Shown piece by piece: positions 35,322 to 44,105 of a stretch of 64,000 nucleotides of DNA. Both the position numbers and the translations under genes were made by a program. The notes under the pieces are model-generated. The model was not told the DNA's origin. It worked only from the letters and a program-made list of their open reading frames with translations, and made no database searches. This DNA comes from Terriglobia bacterium. GTDB lineage: Bacteria; Acidobacteriota; Terriglobia; 20CM-2-55-15. Each line of letters begins with the position of its first letter. Position 1 is the first letter of the stretch. The stretch is taken from NCBI GenBank assembly GCA_963664115.2, contig CAXWPJ010000006.1:224088-288087 (forward strand). The letters run 5' to 3'.

Positions 35322-36254
35322 ATGGATAAAGTCAGCCAGGCCAGGATTGTCGCTCCAGCGCTTCTGCTGGGTGCAATGCTGATTGTCGTGCCCGCCTTTG
35401 CGCAGACGGATTTGTCCGGCGAATGGAGGGTTGTCAGAAGTGAAGACAACTTTCACAATCCTTACAACGGAGATACGGGAGGCCTTCCGATGAACGCATC
35501 CGCGTTCAGGAGAGCCGACAGTTGGGACGCCTCGATCCAGTCACTGCCCGAATGGCAGTGTCGTCCCCACTCGGGCGCGTACATCACACGCGGTCCTTCA
35601 GCTCTGAAAATTTTCAAGCAAGTCGATCCTGTATCCCGGGAAATCGTTGCGTTCCATACCGAATGGTTGCGTTCAATCGACAATCCAATCTGGATGGACG
35701 GACGCGGGCATCCCTCAGAGTTAGCGCCGCATACCTGGTCGGGCTTCTCAACCGGCGAGTGGCAGGGCGATGTGCTCAAAGTGACGACGACGCATATGAA
35801 AGAGGATTATGTCCGGCGGAATGGCCCGCCTCAGGGCGACCGAACCACTATGACCGAATACCTGAGCCTCCGGTCGGTTGGGAATGAGGACTTTCTGTCC
35901 TGGACCAAGGTCGTATACGACCCCGACTACCTGACTGAGCCGCTCGTCCGAACAACGGAGTATATTCGGCGCCCGAACGCCCAAGTACCGCCTTATCCGT
36001 GTACGATCGTCACGGAAGTGGACCGGCCCAAAGGCTATGTGCCGAGCTGGTTCCCGGGTGAGAATCCGCATCTTGGAGAGCACGAAGAACACCTCGGTAT
36101 ACCCGCCGAAGCCAGCCGGCAGGGAGCCATCACGATGTATCCTGAGTTTCGGCAGGTCATCAAAGAGAACGGCTGGGAAGCGCGCCGCTTCGAATCAAAC
36201 ACGCCGGCGTTCGAGCAGCAACAAAATCAGCCGGCACCGCCGCAGCAACGATAG
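35322..36254 (+). CDS. Secreted partner protein of unknown function (copy 2)
   Basis: Signal peptide ..VVPAFAQ. TDLSGEWRV, PIWMDGRGHP, GFSTGEWQGDVLKVTTTH, YDPDYLTEP and PYPC are collinear with the genes at 6983 and 38128. GGAGGA RBS. Confidence 0.85.
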   Translation: MDKVSQARIVAPALLLGAMLIVVPAFAQTDLSGEWRVVRSEDNFHNPYNGDTGGLPMNASAFRRADSWDASIQSLPEWQCRPHSGAYITRGPSALKIFKQVDPVSREIVAFHTEWLRSIDNPIWMDGRGHPSELAPHTWSGFSTGEWQGDVLKVTTTHMKEDYVRRNGPPQGDRTTMTEYLSLRSVGNEDFLSWTKVVYDPDYLTEPLVRTTEYIRRPNAQVPPYPCTIVTEVDRPKGYVPSWFPGENPHLGEHEEHLGIPAEASRQGAITMYPEFRQVIKENGWEARRFESNTPAFEQQQNQPAPPQQR

Positions 36255-36360
36255 TTACTATGGGGCTGGCAGAATGCGGTGAGTCCCGAAAGGTTTCGAA
36301 AGCCTGCGGAACTTTCTATTTCGGGAACAACTCTTGTAATACAGTAGGTTGGAGTCATCG

Positions 36361-37485
36361 ATGAGGATAATCACCTTGAAAACCTCTGCCGGTTTGCGTA
36401 TCGCGCTGATGTGCGCTGCCCTCACTCTGCTCGCAGGAGCTGGCCTGGTGGAACGTGCACCGGCCCAGCAGAACGCCGAAATAGAAGTCGTCCATGTGCA
36501 AGGCAACATCTGGTTGTTTGGAGGAGTCGGTGGCAACGTCGTTGCTTCCCTCGGCCCTGACGGCGTCCTGTTAGTGGATGCTGGCCTCGAACCACGGGCG
36601 CCGGCATTGTTAGACGCGATCGGGGAACTGCAACGGGTACTCGATTTTGGGAGCGCACCGGCCCCCGCACGTTTCGGGGGAGCGGAGGGTTTGAAGACGA
36701 CGCCGACCTACACCCGCGCGCCGCCGAAACCGATTCGTTACATCATGAACACCCACTACCACCCGGATCACACGGGCGGCAATCAAACGCTTGCCGCTTC
36801 CGGAATAACCTACGCGGGGGGTAACGTTGCGGGCAGCATCAACGACGCGGATTTCGGTGCTGCGGTCTACGCGCATGAAAATACGCTCTTCCACATGGTG
36901 GATATGGACGTTCCGTTCCGCGGCCTGCCGACGGACACGTACTACAAAGAATTCTATAAACTCAGCCACTTCTTCAACGGCGAGGGCGTGCGTTTGGTTC
37001 ACCAGCCGAATGCCCATACCGATGGCGACAGCCTCGTGCACTTCCCGCGATCCGACGTCATCGTTGCGGGAGATATTTTTTTGACGACGAGCTATCCGAT
37101 CATCGATGTGGACCATGGGGGGCATGTCAACGGTATCGTCGACTCCTTGAACTACATACTCGACCTGGCCATCGCATCATTCAGAATGGAAGGAGGCACC
37201 TTGATCGTTCCCGGTCATGGAAGAATCAGCGATTCGGCCGACGTCGGCTACTATCGGGATATGGTGACGATCCTCAGGGACCATATTCAAATTATGATAA
37301 GCCGGGGCATGTCGCTCGAAGAAATAAAGGCAGCACAACCCACGCTGGGTTACGATGGCCGCTATGGCTCGGACACGGGTTTTTGGACGACTGACGACTT
37401 TGTTGAGGCTGTGTACCGGAACCTGACCGAAACCCCGGGGCCGATCCTGTATCCGGGATTAGCACCATACCCTTCGACGTTCTGA
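36361..37485 (+). CDS. Secreted MBL-fold metallo-hydrolase
   Basis: Signal peptide followed by the beta-lactamase-fold pattern, including NTHYHPDHTGGN (HxHxDH) and later His/Asp ligands (HTDGD, PGHG). Confidence 0.85.
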   Translation: MRIITLKTSAGLRIALMCAALTLLAGAGLVERAPAQQNAEIEVVHVQGNIWLFGGVGGNVVASLGPDGVLLVDAGLEPRAPALLDAIGELQRVLDFGSAPAPARFGGAEGLKTTPTYTRAPPKPIRYIMNTHYHPDHTGGNQTLAASGITYAGGNVAGSINDADFGAAVYAHENTLFHMVDMDVPFRGLPTDTYYKEFYKLSHFFNGEGVRLVHQPNAHTDGDSLVHFPRSDVIVAGDIFLTTSYPIIDVDHGGHVNGIVDSLNYILDLAIASFRMEGGTLIVPGHGRISDSADVGYYRDMVTILRDHIQIMISRGMSLEEIKAAQPTLGYDGRYGSDTGFWTTDDFVEAVYRNLTETPGPILYPGLAPYPSTF

Positions 37486-37610
37486 CGATGATTTGAGAAA
37501 TGTCGACCAATCGATGTTTCAATGAGCAGATAAACTGAATACAGAATATTACGGATAACTCACTTTTAATTTTATGTAAGAGACCGCCATTGTTTTAGGA
37601 GGAAGACCCG

Positions 37611-38006
37611 ATGAAGTTCAAACTGATCGCCCTTGCGCTTGCTGCCATGTTGGTGTCGGGTGTGGCTGCCTACGCTCACCATTCGTTCACCGCAACCTAC
37701 GATGAAGATGAATTGGTCGAGATCGAAGGGGAGTTGGTGCAGTTCCTTTTCCGCAATCCGCACTCCTGGGTCCATGTGATGGCTCCAGATGAAAATGGCG
37801 AGATCGTTCGCTACGGGGTCGAATGGGGTGGAGCCGGCCAGTTGGCGGGCGGGGGTGTGACCCGCTCCACGCTGAGACCCGGCGACCACGTCATTATTAG
37901 CGGTAACCCGGGGCGCAATCCTGCGGATCATAGAATCCGGATGCGAAGTCTTCGACGGACATCTGACAATTTTGGATGGGGATTTGAAGGCGAGGACTTC
38001 GACTAG
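37611..38006 (+). CDS. Small secreted protein, His-His mature N-terminus family (copy 4)
   Basis: Near-duplicate of 34519-34914. The signal peptides diverge, the mature parts are almost identical, and the DNA differs mostly at third codon positions. Confidence 0.9.
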   Translation: MKFKLIALALAAMLVSGVAAYAHHSFTATYDEDELVEIEGELVQFLFRNPHSWVHVMAPDENGEIVRYGVEWGGAGQLAGGGVTRSTLRPGDHVIISGNPGRNPADHRIRMRSLRRTSDNFGWGFEGEDFD

Positions 38007-38127
38007 TTTTAGAGATCTTGATCAACATCTTTCTGGATAAAGTAGAGATGAGAGGGCGATGGGCCCCCCGTGGAATTATGCCCGCCGCTCGGGTGCCGGA
38101 GGATGCCCGAGTGCCGGAGGAGAAAGA

Positions 38128-38922
38128 ATGATTCACAGAGTCCCACCAAAGACCGCTCTGTTGGCGTTGGCGGTTGTGGTGGTCATTGCACTTGTTGCGG
38201 GAGTGCCGGATGCATCGGCCCAGACAGGCGGCGGTGAGGCGCCACAGAGTGCGAGAGACGCGGCCCCGATCGATCTCGGAGGGTACTGGGTGTCTTTGGT
38301 CAACGAGGATTGGCGTCATCGTATGTTCACGGCGCAGGTTGGTGATTACGATCTCGTGCGTCTAAATGCCGATGGTCGCCGTATGGCGGACGCCTGGGTC
38401 CAAGAGGCGTCGCCGACGGGAGACGACTGTCTAATGACCTATGGTGCGGCGGGTATCATGCGCTTGCCTGGCCGGTTGCACATCGATTGGGCCGACGACA
38501 ACACACTGCAAGTCGACCTGGATGCCGGAACTCAGACCCGGCAGTTCTTTTTCGGAGAATCCGAATCGCCAGGTGGGCAACCGACCCGGCAAGGCTATTC
38601 CGTAGCTCGGTGGGAGACCTCCGGCGGCTCGGGGCGAGGCGGCGTGTCCATGAACGACATTCCATTGGGCGGACACCTGAAGGTGGTGACAACCAACCTT
38701 TCGGCCGGGTATCTCTTCAAGAACGGAATCCCGTATAGTAGCGACGCAGTGATGACCGAGTTTTTTGTCCCCATCGTGGAACCGGATGGTAGTCAGTACG
38801 TCTTGGTTCAGACCTTTGTTCAGGATCCGACTTATCAGACCCAGACCTTCGTGCGGACGCTGACCTTCAAGAAGGAATCCGACGGTCGGAACTGGAATCC
38901 GACGCCCTGTACTGAGTACTAA
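38128..38922 (+). CDS. Secreted partner protein of unknown function (copy 3)
   Basis: ATG at 38128 preceded by GGAGGA. Signal peptide ..VPDASAQ. IDLGGYWVS, GYSVARWE, LKVVTTNL, QDPTYQTQ and TPC are collinear with the genes at 6983 and 35322. Confidence 0.8.
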   Translation: MIHRVPPKTALLALAVVVVIALVAGVPDASAQTGGGEAPQSARDAAPIDLGGYWVSLVNEDWRHRMFTAQVGDYDLVRLNADGRRMADAWVQEASPTGDDCLMTYGAAGIMRLPGRLHIDWADDNTLQVDLDAGTQTRQFFFGESESPGGQPTRQGYSVARWETSGGSGRGGVSMNDIPLGGHLKVVTTNLSAGYLFKNGIPYSSDAVMTEFFVPIVEPDGSQYVLVQTFVQDPTYQTQTFVRTLTFKKESDGRNWNPTPCTEY

Positions 38923-39089
38923 GGCGTTCATGGAGTCATCCGGCAGGAGCCTGCCGGTTGGAGTCTAAATCTTCTTTGGGCTGTAGAGGAGTATCTGAAG
39001 TGAACGCGTTTTTTGAGCTGCTCTTCTTGCGCTCTCATCTGAAACTGTTTCGCTGTGAATTTTACACACTAACGAAAGAATAAAATAAT

Positions 39090-39581
39090 ATGGATTTTTT
39101 GCTGTGGCTTGAAACGACTTCTCTCGGAACGTGGGTGCGCGAGTCGCCCTCCTTGTGGGCTTATCCCAGCGTTCTGTTCCTTCACTCGGTTGGCCTCGCA
39201 TCCCTCGTAGGTATCAACGCCGCAGTTGACTTGCGCGTCCTCGGCTTTGCAAAGGGCATCCCTTTAAAGCCGCTTTCGCAGATGATCCCGCTGATGTGGG
39301 TCGGTTTTGGAGTGAACGCTGTTTCGGGGCTGATGCTCATTCTGGCCAGCGCGTCGACATTACTGCTGAACCCGACTTTCTGGGTGAAGATGTTATTCGT
39401 CACGGCGGCTGTGGTAACCATATGGCTGATGGACAAACGGGTGTTTGCCAACGCAGACGAGGGGGCCATACCCATGGAAAGCAAGGTCCTGGCGGGGGTC
39501 TCGCTCTTCTGTTGGACTGGAGCCATGGTATCGGGCCGGTTGATTGCTTACCTGGGTCCGGAAGCAGGGTTCCTGGTTTAA
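39090..39581 (+). CDS. Hypothetical integral membrane protein (about four TM segments)
   Basis: 163 aa, strongly hydrophobic with four helix-length stretches. No family recognised with confidence. Confidence 0.6.
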   Translation: MDFLLWLETTSLGTWVRESPSLWAYPSVLFLHSVGLASLVGINAAVDLRVLGFAKGIPLKPLSQMIPLMWVGFGVNAVSGLMLILASASTLLLNPTFWVKMLFVTAAVVTIWLMDKRVFANADEGAIPMESKVLAGVSLFCWTGAMVSGRLIAYLGPEAGFLV

Positions 39582-39721
39582 CAAGCTCGTAGCTGGCCAA
39601 CAGCGAACGGGTCCGCCGTGATCGTTCGGCGGGTCCAGCGTCCGCAATTCATCGGCGCTGTTGTTTCACCGCAAGGTGGATTAGCAGCGCCGATTGGCAT
39701 ATCGGGGAATTATTCGGCAGC

Positions 39722-40726
39722 ATGACCGTGCGTGTCGCAGCGATCGGGGTGAACCATTGGCACTCCCTTTACGACATGGCATACCTGCCGCAGTTGCAGA
39801 AAATGCCGGGAGTGGAGATCGTTGGCATTCACGACGACGATAACGGCATAGCGACCCACAGGGTCGAGGCTCTGGGTGGTGGTATTCCGATGTTCACCCG
39901 CTACAAGGCCATGCTCTCCGAAACCCGGCCCGATCTGGTTTTGGTTCTGGATAGACACGATAAAATGGCGGCGATCGCGGAGGATCTTCTGGATCGCCCG
40001 ATGCCGTTCATTATCGAAAAACCGGCGGGTTTCAACGCGGAGCAACTTCGGCGTTCGGTCGACAAAGCGGACGCTCCCGACCGGTTTGCAGCCGTTCCGT
40101 TCCAGCAGCGTTACTCTCCTTTGATCGAACATGCCCGCAGATTTCTCGACGATGGATCACTCGGTCCGATGCGGCACTTCTACTCCCGGTTGAACCGGCC
40201 GACTTCGGCCCGCTATCCACCCTGGGGTTCGGGCTGGATGCTGGATCCTGAATTTTCCAATGGTGGTTGTCTTCGCAACCTCGGGGGCCACGGGCTGGAT
40301 TGCTTCGTGTACTTGACTGGGGAAAGTGAAGACATCGGTGTGACCGGAGCGCAACTCAGTTGGAGCACGCACGAGCAAGCGGTCGAAGACTATGCCACCG
40401 TAATGCTGAGCACCGGGCGGGGTGTACTGGGTACGATCGAAGTCGGCAACGTGTTTCCTTCCGACGGCCGTGATGCGGAAATGAAGGTCGATTTTCAGGA
40501 GGGTATTTTGAAACTGGAGGGTAGCGCCGTCCGGCTATACACAAAGTCCGGTTCCCAGACGCTCCCGGTTCTGCCTGATCCACCATCGATCCTCGAAAAA
40601 ATAGTCGGGGCTTTGATTGCCGGGGACCGGCCGCCAGTGGGTATCCGCGACTGTTATCTTGCAGTGCGCCTCATCGATCAGGCGTATGTCGCGGCCGGCA
40701 ATCCATACGGAACTGCGTCCGTGTAA
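39722..40726 (+). CDS. Gfo/Idh/MocA-family oxidoreductase-like protein
   Basis: 334 aa. N-terminal Rossmann-like VRVAAIGVNHW.., EKP motif (FIIEKPAG) and a C-terminal alpha/beta domain. Confidence 0.7.
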   Translation: MTVRVAAIGVNHWHSLYDMAYLPQLQKMPGVEIVGIHDDDNGIATHRVEALGGGIPMFTRYKAMLSETRPDLVLVLDRHDKMAAIAEDLLDRPMPFIIEKPAGFNAEQLRRSVDKADAPDRFAAVPFQQRYSPLIEHARRFLDDGSLGPMRHFYSRLNRPTSARYPPWGSGWMLDPEFSNGGCLRNLGGHGLDCFVYLTGESEDIGVTGAQLSWSTHEQAVEDYATVMLSTGRGVLGTIEVGNVFPSDGRDAEMKVDFQEGILKLEGSAVRLYTKSGSQTLPVLPDPPSILEKIVGALIAGDRPPVGIRDCYLAVRLIDQAYVAAGNPYGTASV

Positions 40727-40769
40727 CATCGACGTGTCTCGTTTGAACGGCTGACGAAGGAGGGCCGGG

Positions 40770-41072
40770 ATGGTCAAACACATTGTTATCTGGAAACTGA
40801 AAGATAGGGCGAACGGACAGGGCAGGGACGCGAACGCGGCGGCGATCAAGGAAAAGCTGGAAGCTCTGGTCGGAGTCGTGCCGGGGCTTCTAAAAGCTGA
40901 AGTCGGTTGCGATTTTCGCGGGTCCGGGGAGTCCGCGGATGCCGGCCTGTACTCTGAATTCGAGTCCCGGGAGGCGTTCGAAGCGTTTCTCACCCATCCT
41001 GCCCACAAAGCGGTTCAGCCCTTTGTGAAAGAAGCGCGTAGCGAAAGGGTGATGATCGACTACGAGGTGTAA
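40770..41072 (+). CDS. Dabb (stress-responsive alpha/beta barrel) family protein
   Basis: 100 aa. MVKHIVIWKLKD... and ..FEAFLTHPAHKAVQPF are typical of Dabb domains. Confidence 0.85.
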   Translation: MVKHIVIWKLKDRANGQGRDANAAAIKEKLEALVGVVPGLLKAEVGCDFRGSGESADAGLYSEFESREAFEAFLTHPAHKAVQPFVKEARSERVMIDYEV

Positions 41073-41090
41073 TGGGGAGAGAGGCCGAGA

Positions 41091-41154
41091 GGGGACGGAC
41101 ACTTCTTGCTGCATCATTGCCTGAACGCTATATTTTGACTGAAGTGTCCGTCCC
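41091..41154. repeat. Palindromic element copy E3
   Basis: GGGGACGGACACTTC (41091-41105) and GAAGTGTCCGTCCC (41141-41154). The 35 nt loop is TTGCTGCATCATTGCCTGAACGCTATATTTTGACT. It lies between convergent genes. Confidence 0.95.
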
Positions 41155-41165
41155 TCCCTTCCCTC

Positions 41166-42854
41166 CTACCGGCACTCGAAGTTGCTTGCGACCCAATTGG
41201 CTCTATCGTTCTGCCCGCCCGCCGGACCGGCATATGTGGCCAGTTCGGGATAAGGGCAGATCTTGCGCTGATTGTCCACGACACCATCGGTGAGATGCTC
41301 TCCCACGAGGTAGTCGGGCGCGTTACCGTTTTCTACCCAGTCCCTCAGGGGAGCCAAACGGTCAAACGATTCGAGTCCGGGACCCCCACCACAGTGGCTC
41401 ATGCCAGGCACCATGAAGAAGCGTGCTTTTTCACGAGCGGCGTCCAGGTTCCCGCCGAAGGTTTCAGAAACTACGGATCGGTAATAATCCAGAGTCGGTT
41501 GCAGCTGCACTTCTGAATCACCCCACCCGTGCAACAAGAGAAGTTTGCCGTTTTCGCGGTTCAGGAAACGGTTCAAATCCGGATCCTTAGCATCCGTAAT
41601 CGACATCATGAAGTCGGCCTTTCCAGCCGTGAGGTCGTCGATGTCGAACTCCCACCAGGCAAACTCCGGAGGCGTGGCCGTTTTGTCCGGGACCTGGGTG
41701 ATGTCGTTCCGAATTGGCATCGGAACGCCTGGAGATTCTTCGTAGAACAGATAGTTGACGTGATCGAGTCCGTATATGAGCCGGAACGGCGTCATGTTGT
41801 TGCCTTCGTGGGCGTACACGTTGCGGCTCCAACCGTATTCGGAACCCAAAGCCAGGCCCTTGGTGATCTGAACCCCGCTGCTGTCGACCGGTCCCCGATA
41901 GAAATCTTTGATGGTTTGAAGTTGGGGCCGGGTGATGCAATCGTCCGCATCGACGCCTGCCGGACACATCCACTCGGCCAGATCGCGGTCCGGATCAAAG
42001 TTGCAGCTCGACGGGTCGGCCAGCAGGCCGTCGCTTATGCCGTCGAGGGCATCGCATTGGTCGATGACTGTGTCCCTCAATATTTCTGATTTCGTCAGGC
42101 TTTCGGGAATCCCATCGCCGTCGGTGTCAAAGGCCAGGTTGGCGGCGAAGTTGTCCTTGAAGACTTGCTGAGCCATCCAGACATGGCCGGCGTTGAGTGT
42201 TTGGTAGTCATAGACGGGCGCCTCCGCGACGATACCGTCGAAATCGGCCGGATACCGCTGGGCTTCCATGAGCCCTTGCCGTCCGCCCGTGGAGCAACCC
42301 TCAAAATAGGAGTATTCGGGCGCACGGTTGTAATAGCGACGGACCGCGGTTTTCGAAGCACTGGCCGTCAGGTGAATGGCACGATAGCCGAAATCGATGA
42401 CGGAGGGCATATCTTCACTACCGAACGACGCACCCGGATGGGTTCCCGCGTCATGGCCGGTATTCGAGTTCGCCACGGCGTATCCTTCCGCCAGTCGGTG
42501 ATCCGCCCAGTCCAAATCCCCATCCTTGCCGCCGTCTCCGATGTTGAGCAGCCTTCCGTTCCAGTTCGCCTGGAGTGGAAGTTGCATATGGAAGCGGATC
42601 CTTCCGGAGATGATGCCCTGGATATAGCAGTACTCGGGTGTCTCTCCTGAAGCGGGTACGAGCATCGCCTGTGTTAGCGTCAGGTCCAGGGCGCGGAGCA
42701 TGGACGCACACATAGCCGCATCTTGCGGAGACGCTTGAACACTCTGGCCGGCCACTGCGGGCGTTGCCAGGACCAAAATCGAAGCCACTGCGATCGCACC
42801 TAAAGTCGCCAGGTACTTGAACACTTCCAAAGTCCTCCTGTTACTCGTCCACAC
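41166..42854 (-). CDS. Tannase/feruloyl esterase family alpha/beta hydrolase, secreted
   Basis: 562 aa with a signal peptide. The GCSTGGRQGLMEAQRYPADFDGIVAEAPV nucleophile region and conserved Cys pairs are typical of the tannase/feruloyl esterase family. Confidence 0.9.
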   Translation of the reverse strand: MWTSNRRTLEVFKYLATLGAIAVASILVLATPAVAGQSVQASPQDAAMCASMLRALDLTLTQAMLVPASGETPEYCYIQGIISGRIRFHMQLPLQANWNGRLLNIGDGGKDGDLDWADHRLAEGYAVANSNTGHDAGTHPGASFGSEDMPSVIDFGYRAIHLTASASKTAVRRYYNRAPEYSYFEGCSTGGRQGLMEAQRYPADFDGIVAEAPVYDYQTLNAGHVWMAQQVFKDNFAANLAFDTDGDGIPESLTKSEILRDTVIDQCDALDGISDGLLADPSSCNFDPDRDLAEWMCPAGVDADDCITRPQLQTIKDFYRGPVDSSGVQITKGLALGSEYGWSRNVYAHEGNNMTPFRLIYGLDHVNYLFYEESPGVPMPIRNDITQVPDKTATPPEFAWWEFDIDDLTAGKADFMMSITDAKDPDLNRFLNRENGKLLLLHGWGDSEVQLQPTLDYYRSVVSETFGGNLDAAREKARFFMVPGMSHCGGGPGLESFDRLAPLRDWVENGNAPDYLVGEHLTDGVVDNQRKICPYPELATYAGPAGGQNDRANWVASNFECR

Positions 42855-43011
42855 GGGTTCCAGCTGCCGTCATGGAGGCGGGAATAAGAAAAGATATAAC
42901 CTTTTGGGCCCCCAGTCTAGCGGATGGGGAACACGACAGCGTGTAATATACTGCGGGGGTTTACCCGACGTTCCGGACAGAAGAACGAACCAAACAGATT
43001 GGAGACACGCG

Positions 43012-43989
43012 ATGGAAGGAAAGATAGGGCTGGAAGAGCATTTTGCGGTAGAAGAGACCTTGAACTTCTCCAAGCAATTCATGCCCGCGGACTATTGGAA
43101 CAAATTGAAGGGCCGATTGCTGGACTTCCATGAGGAGCGCATCGGCCTGATGGATCAGTACGGCATCCAGATGCTGATTATGTCCCTGAACGCACCGACC
43201 ATCCAGGCAATTCCCGACGTGGGACGGGCCATCGAAGTAGCCCGGATTGCGAATGACGTTCTGGCGGAGCAGGTCCAGAAGAGACCGGACCGGTTTCAGG
43301 GATTTGCATCTCTACCGATGCAGGACCCGGATGCCGCGATCGAAGAGTTGAATCGATGCGTGAAGGAACTCGGCTTTAAAGGCGCCTTGGTAAACGGGTT
43401 TTCGCAGGTGGGTGAAGAGGACTCGGCGATCTTTCTGGATGAAGAGCGTTACTGGCCGTTCTGGGAAGAGGTGGAAAGCCTCGATGTACCGTTCTATCTG
43501 CATCCCAGGGACCCGATTGCTAGCCGCCAGCAAGTCTATGAAGGCCATCCATGGTTTCTGGGCCCTTCCTGGTCATTCGGTGTCGAGACGTCTATTCATG
43601 CCTTGCGTCTGATGGCCTGTGGGATATTCGACAAGCATCCGCGTCTCAACATCATTTTGGGCCACCTCGGTGAGGGATTACCCTACAGCATCTGGCGCGT
43701 TGACCATCGAATTAAGAAGTCACCGCAGGGTATTCCTGCCAAGAAACCATTGGGCGACTATTTTCGGGCCAACTTTCACATCACGACCGCCGGAAACTTC
43801 AGGACGCAGACGCTGATCGATGCCCTCCTTGAAGTCGGGGGTGACCATTTGCTGTTCTCGACGGACTATCCCTTCGAAGAAATCAGCGATGCGGCCGATT
43901 GGTTCGACGTGACCAGCATCAGCGAGTCGGACAGGGTTAAGATCGGTCGTACGAACGCCATCAAGCTGTTTAAGCTTGATGACGTGTAA
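43012..43989 (+). CDS. Amidohydrolase-2 (ACMSD) family decarboxylase, gamma-resorcylate (2,6-dihydroxybenzoate) decarboxylase-like
   Basis: MEGKIGLEEHFA.., LNAPTIQAIPD, DVPFYLHPR, HPRLNIILGHLGEGLPY, FHITTAGNFRTQTLIDALLEVG and LFSTDYPFE closely parallel gamma-resorcylate decarboxylase as I remember it. ATG at 43012 with a GGAGA RBS. The listed ORF start at 42817 overlaps the divergent neighbour. Confidence 0.85.
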   Translation: MEGKIGLEEHFAVEETLNFSKQFMPADYWNKLKGRLLDFHEERIGLMDQYGIQMLIMSLNAPTIQAIPDVGRAIEVARIANDVLAEQVQKRPDRFQGFASLPMQDPDAAIEELNRCVKELGFKGALVNGFSQVGEEDSAIFLDEERYWPFWEEVESLDVPFYLHPRDPIASRQQVYEGHPWFLGPSWSFGVETSIHALRLMACGIFDKHPRLNIILGHLGEGLPYSIWRVDHRIKKSPQGIPAKKPLGDYFRANFHITTAGNFRTQTLIDALLEVGGDHLLFSTDYPFEEISDAADWFDVTSISESDRVKIGRTNAIKLFKLDDV

Positions 43990-44105
43990 GTGTGAGGCTT
44001 CCAGCGTCGGGCCAGCGATCAGCCTCCGGTCCCCGGTCAGGAGATCGAACAAGGCAAGTGACCGTTCGGGATGATGGCTGATTAAATGGGATTCTCTGAC
44101 CGGTT

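Noticed and set aside
42817-43011. 65-codon N-terminal extension of the decarboxylase ORF.
   Set aside because: It overlaps the start of the divergent tannase gene and has no similarity to the family. The family-typical N-terminus MEGKIGLEEHFA begins at 43012 with an RBS.
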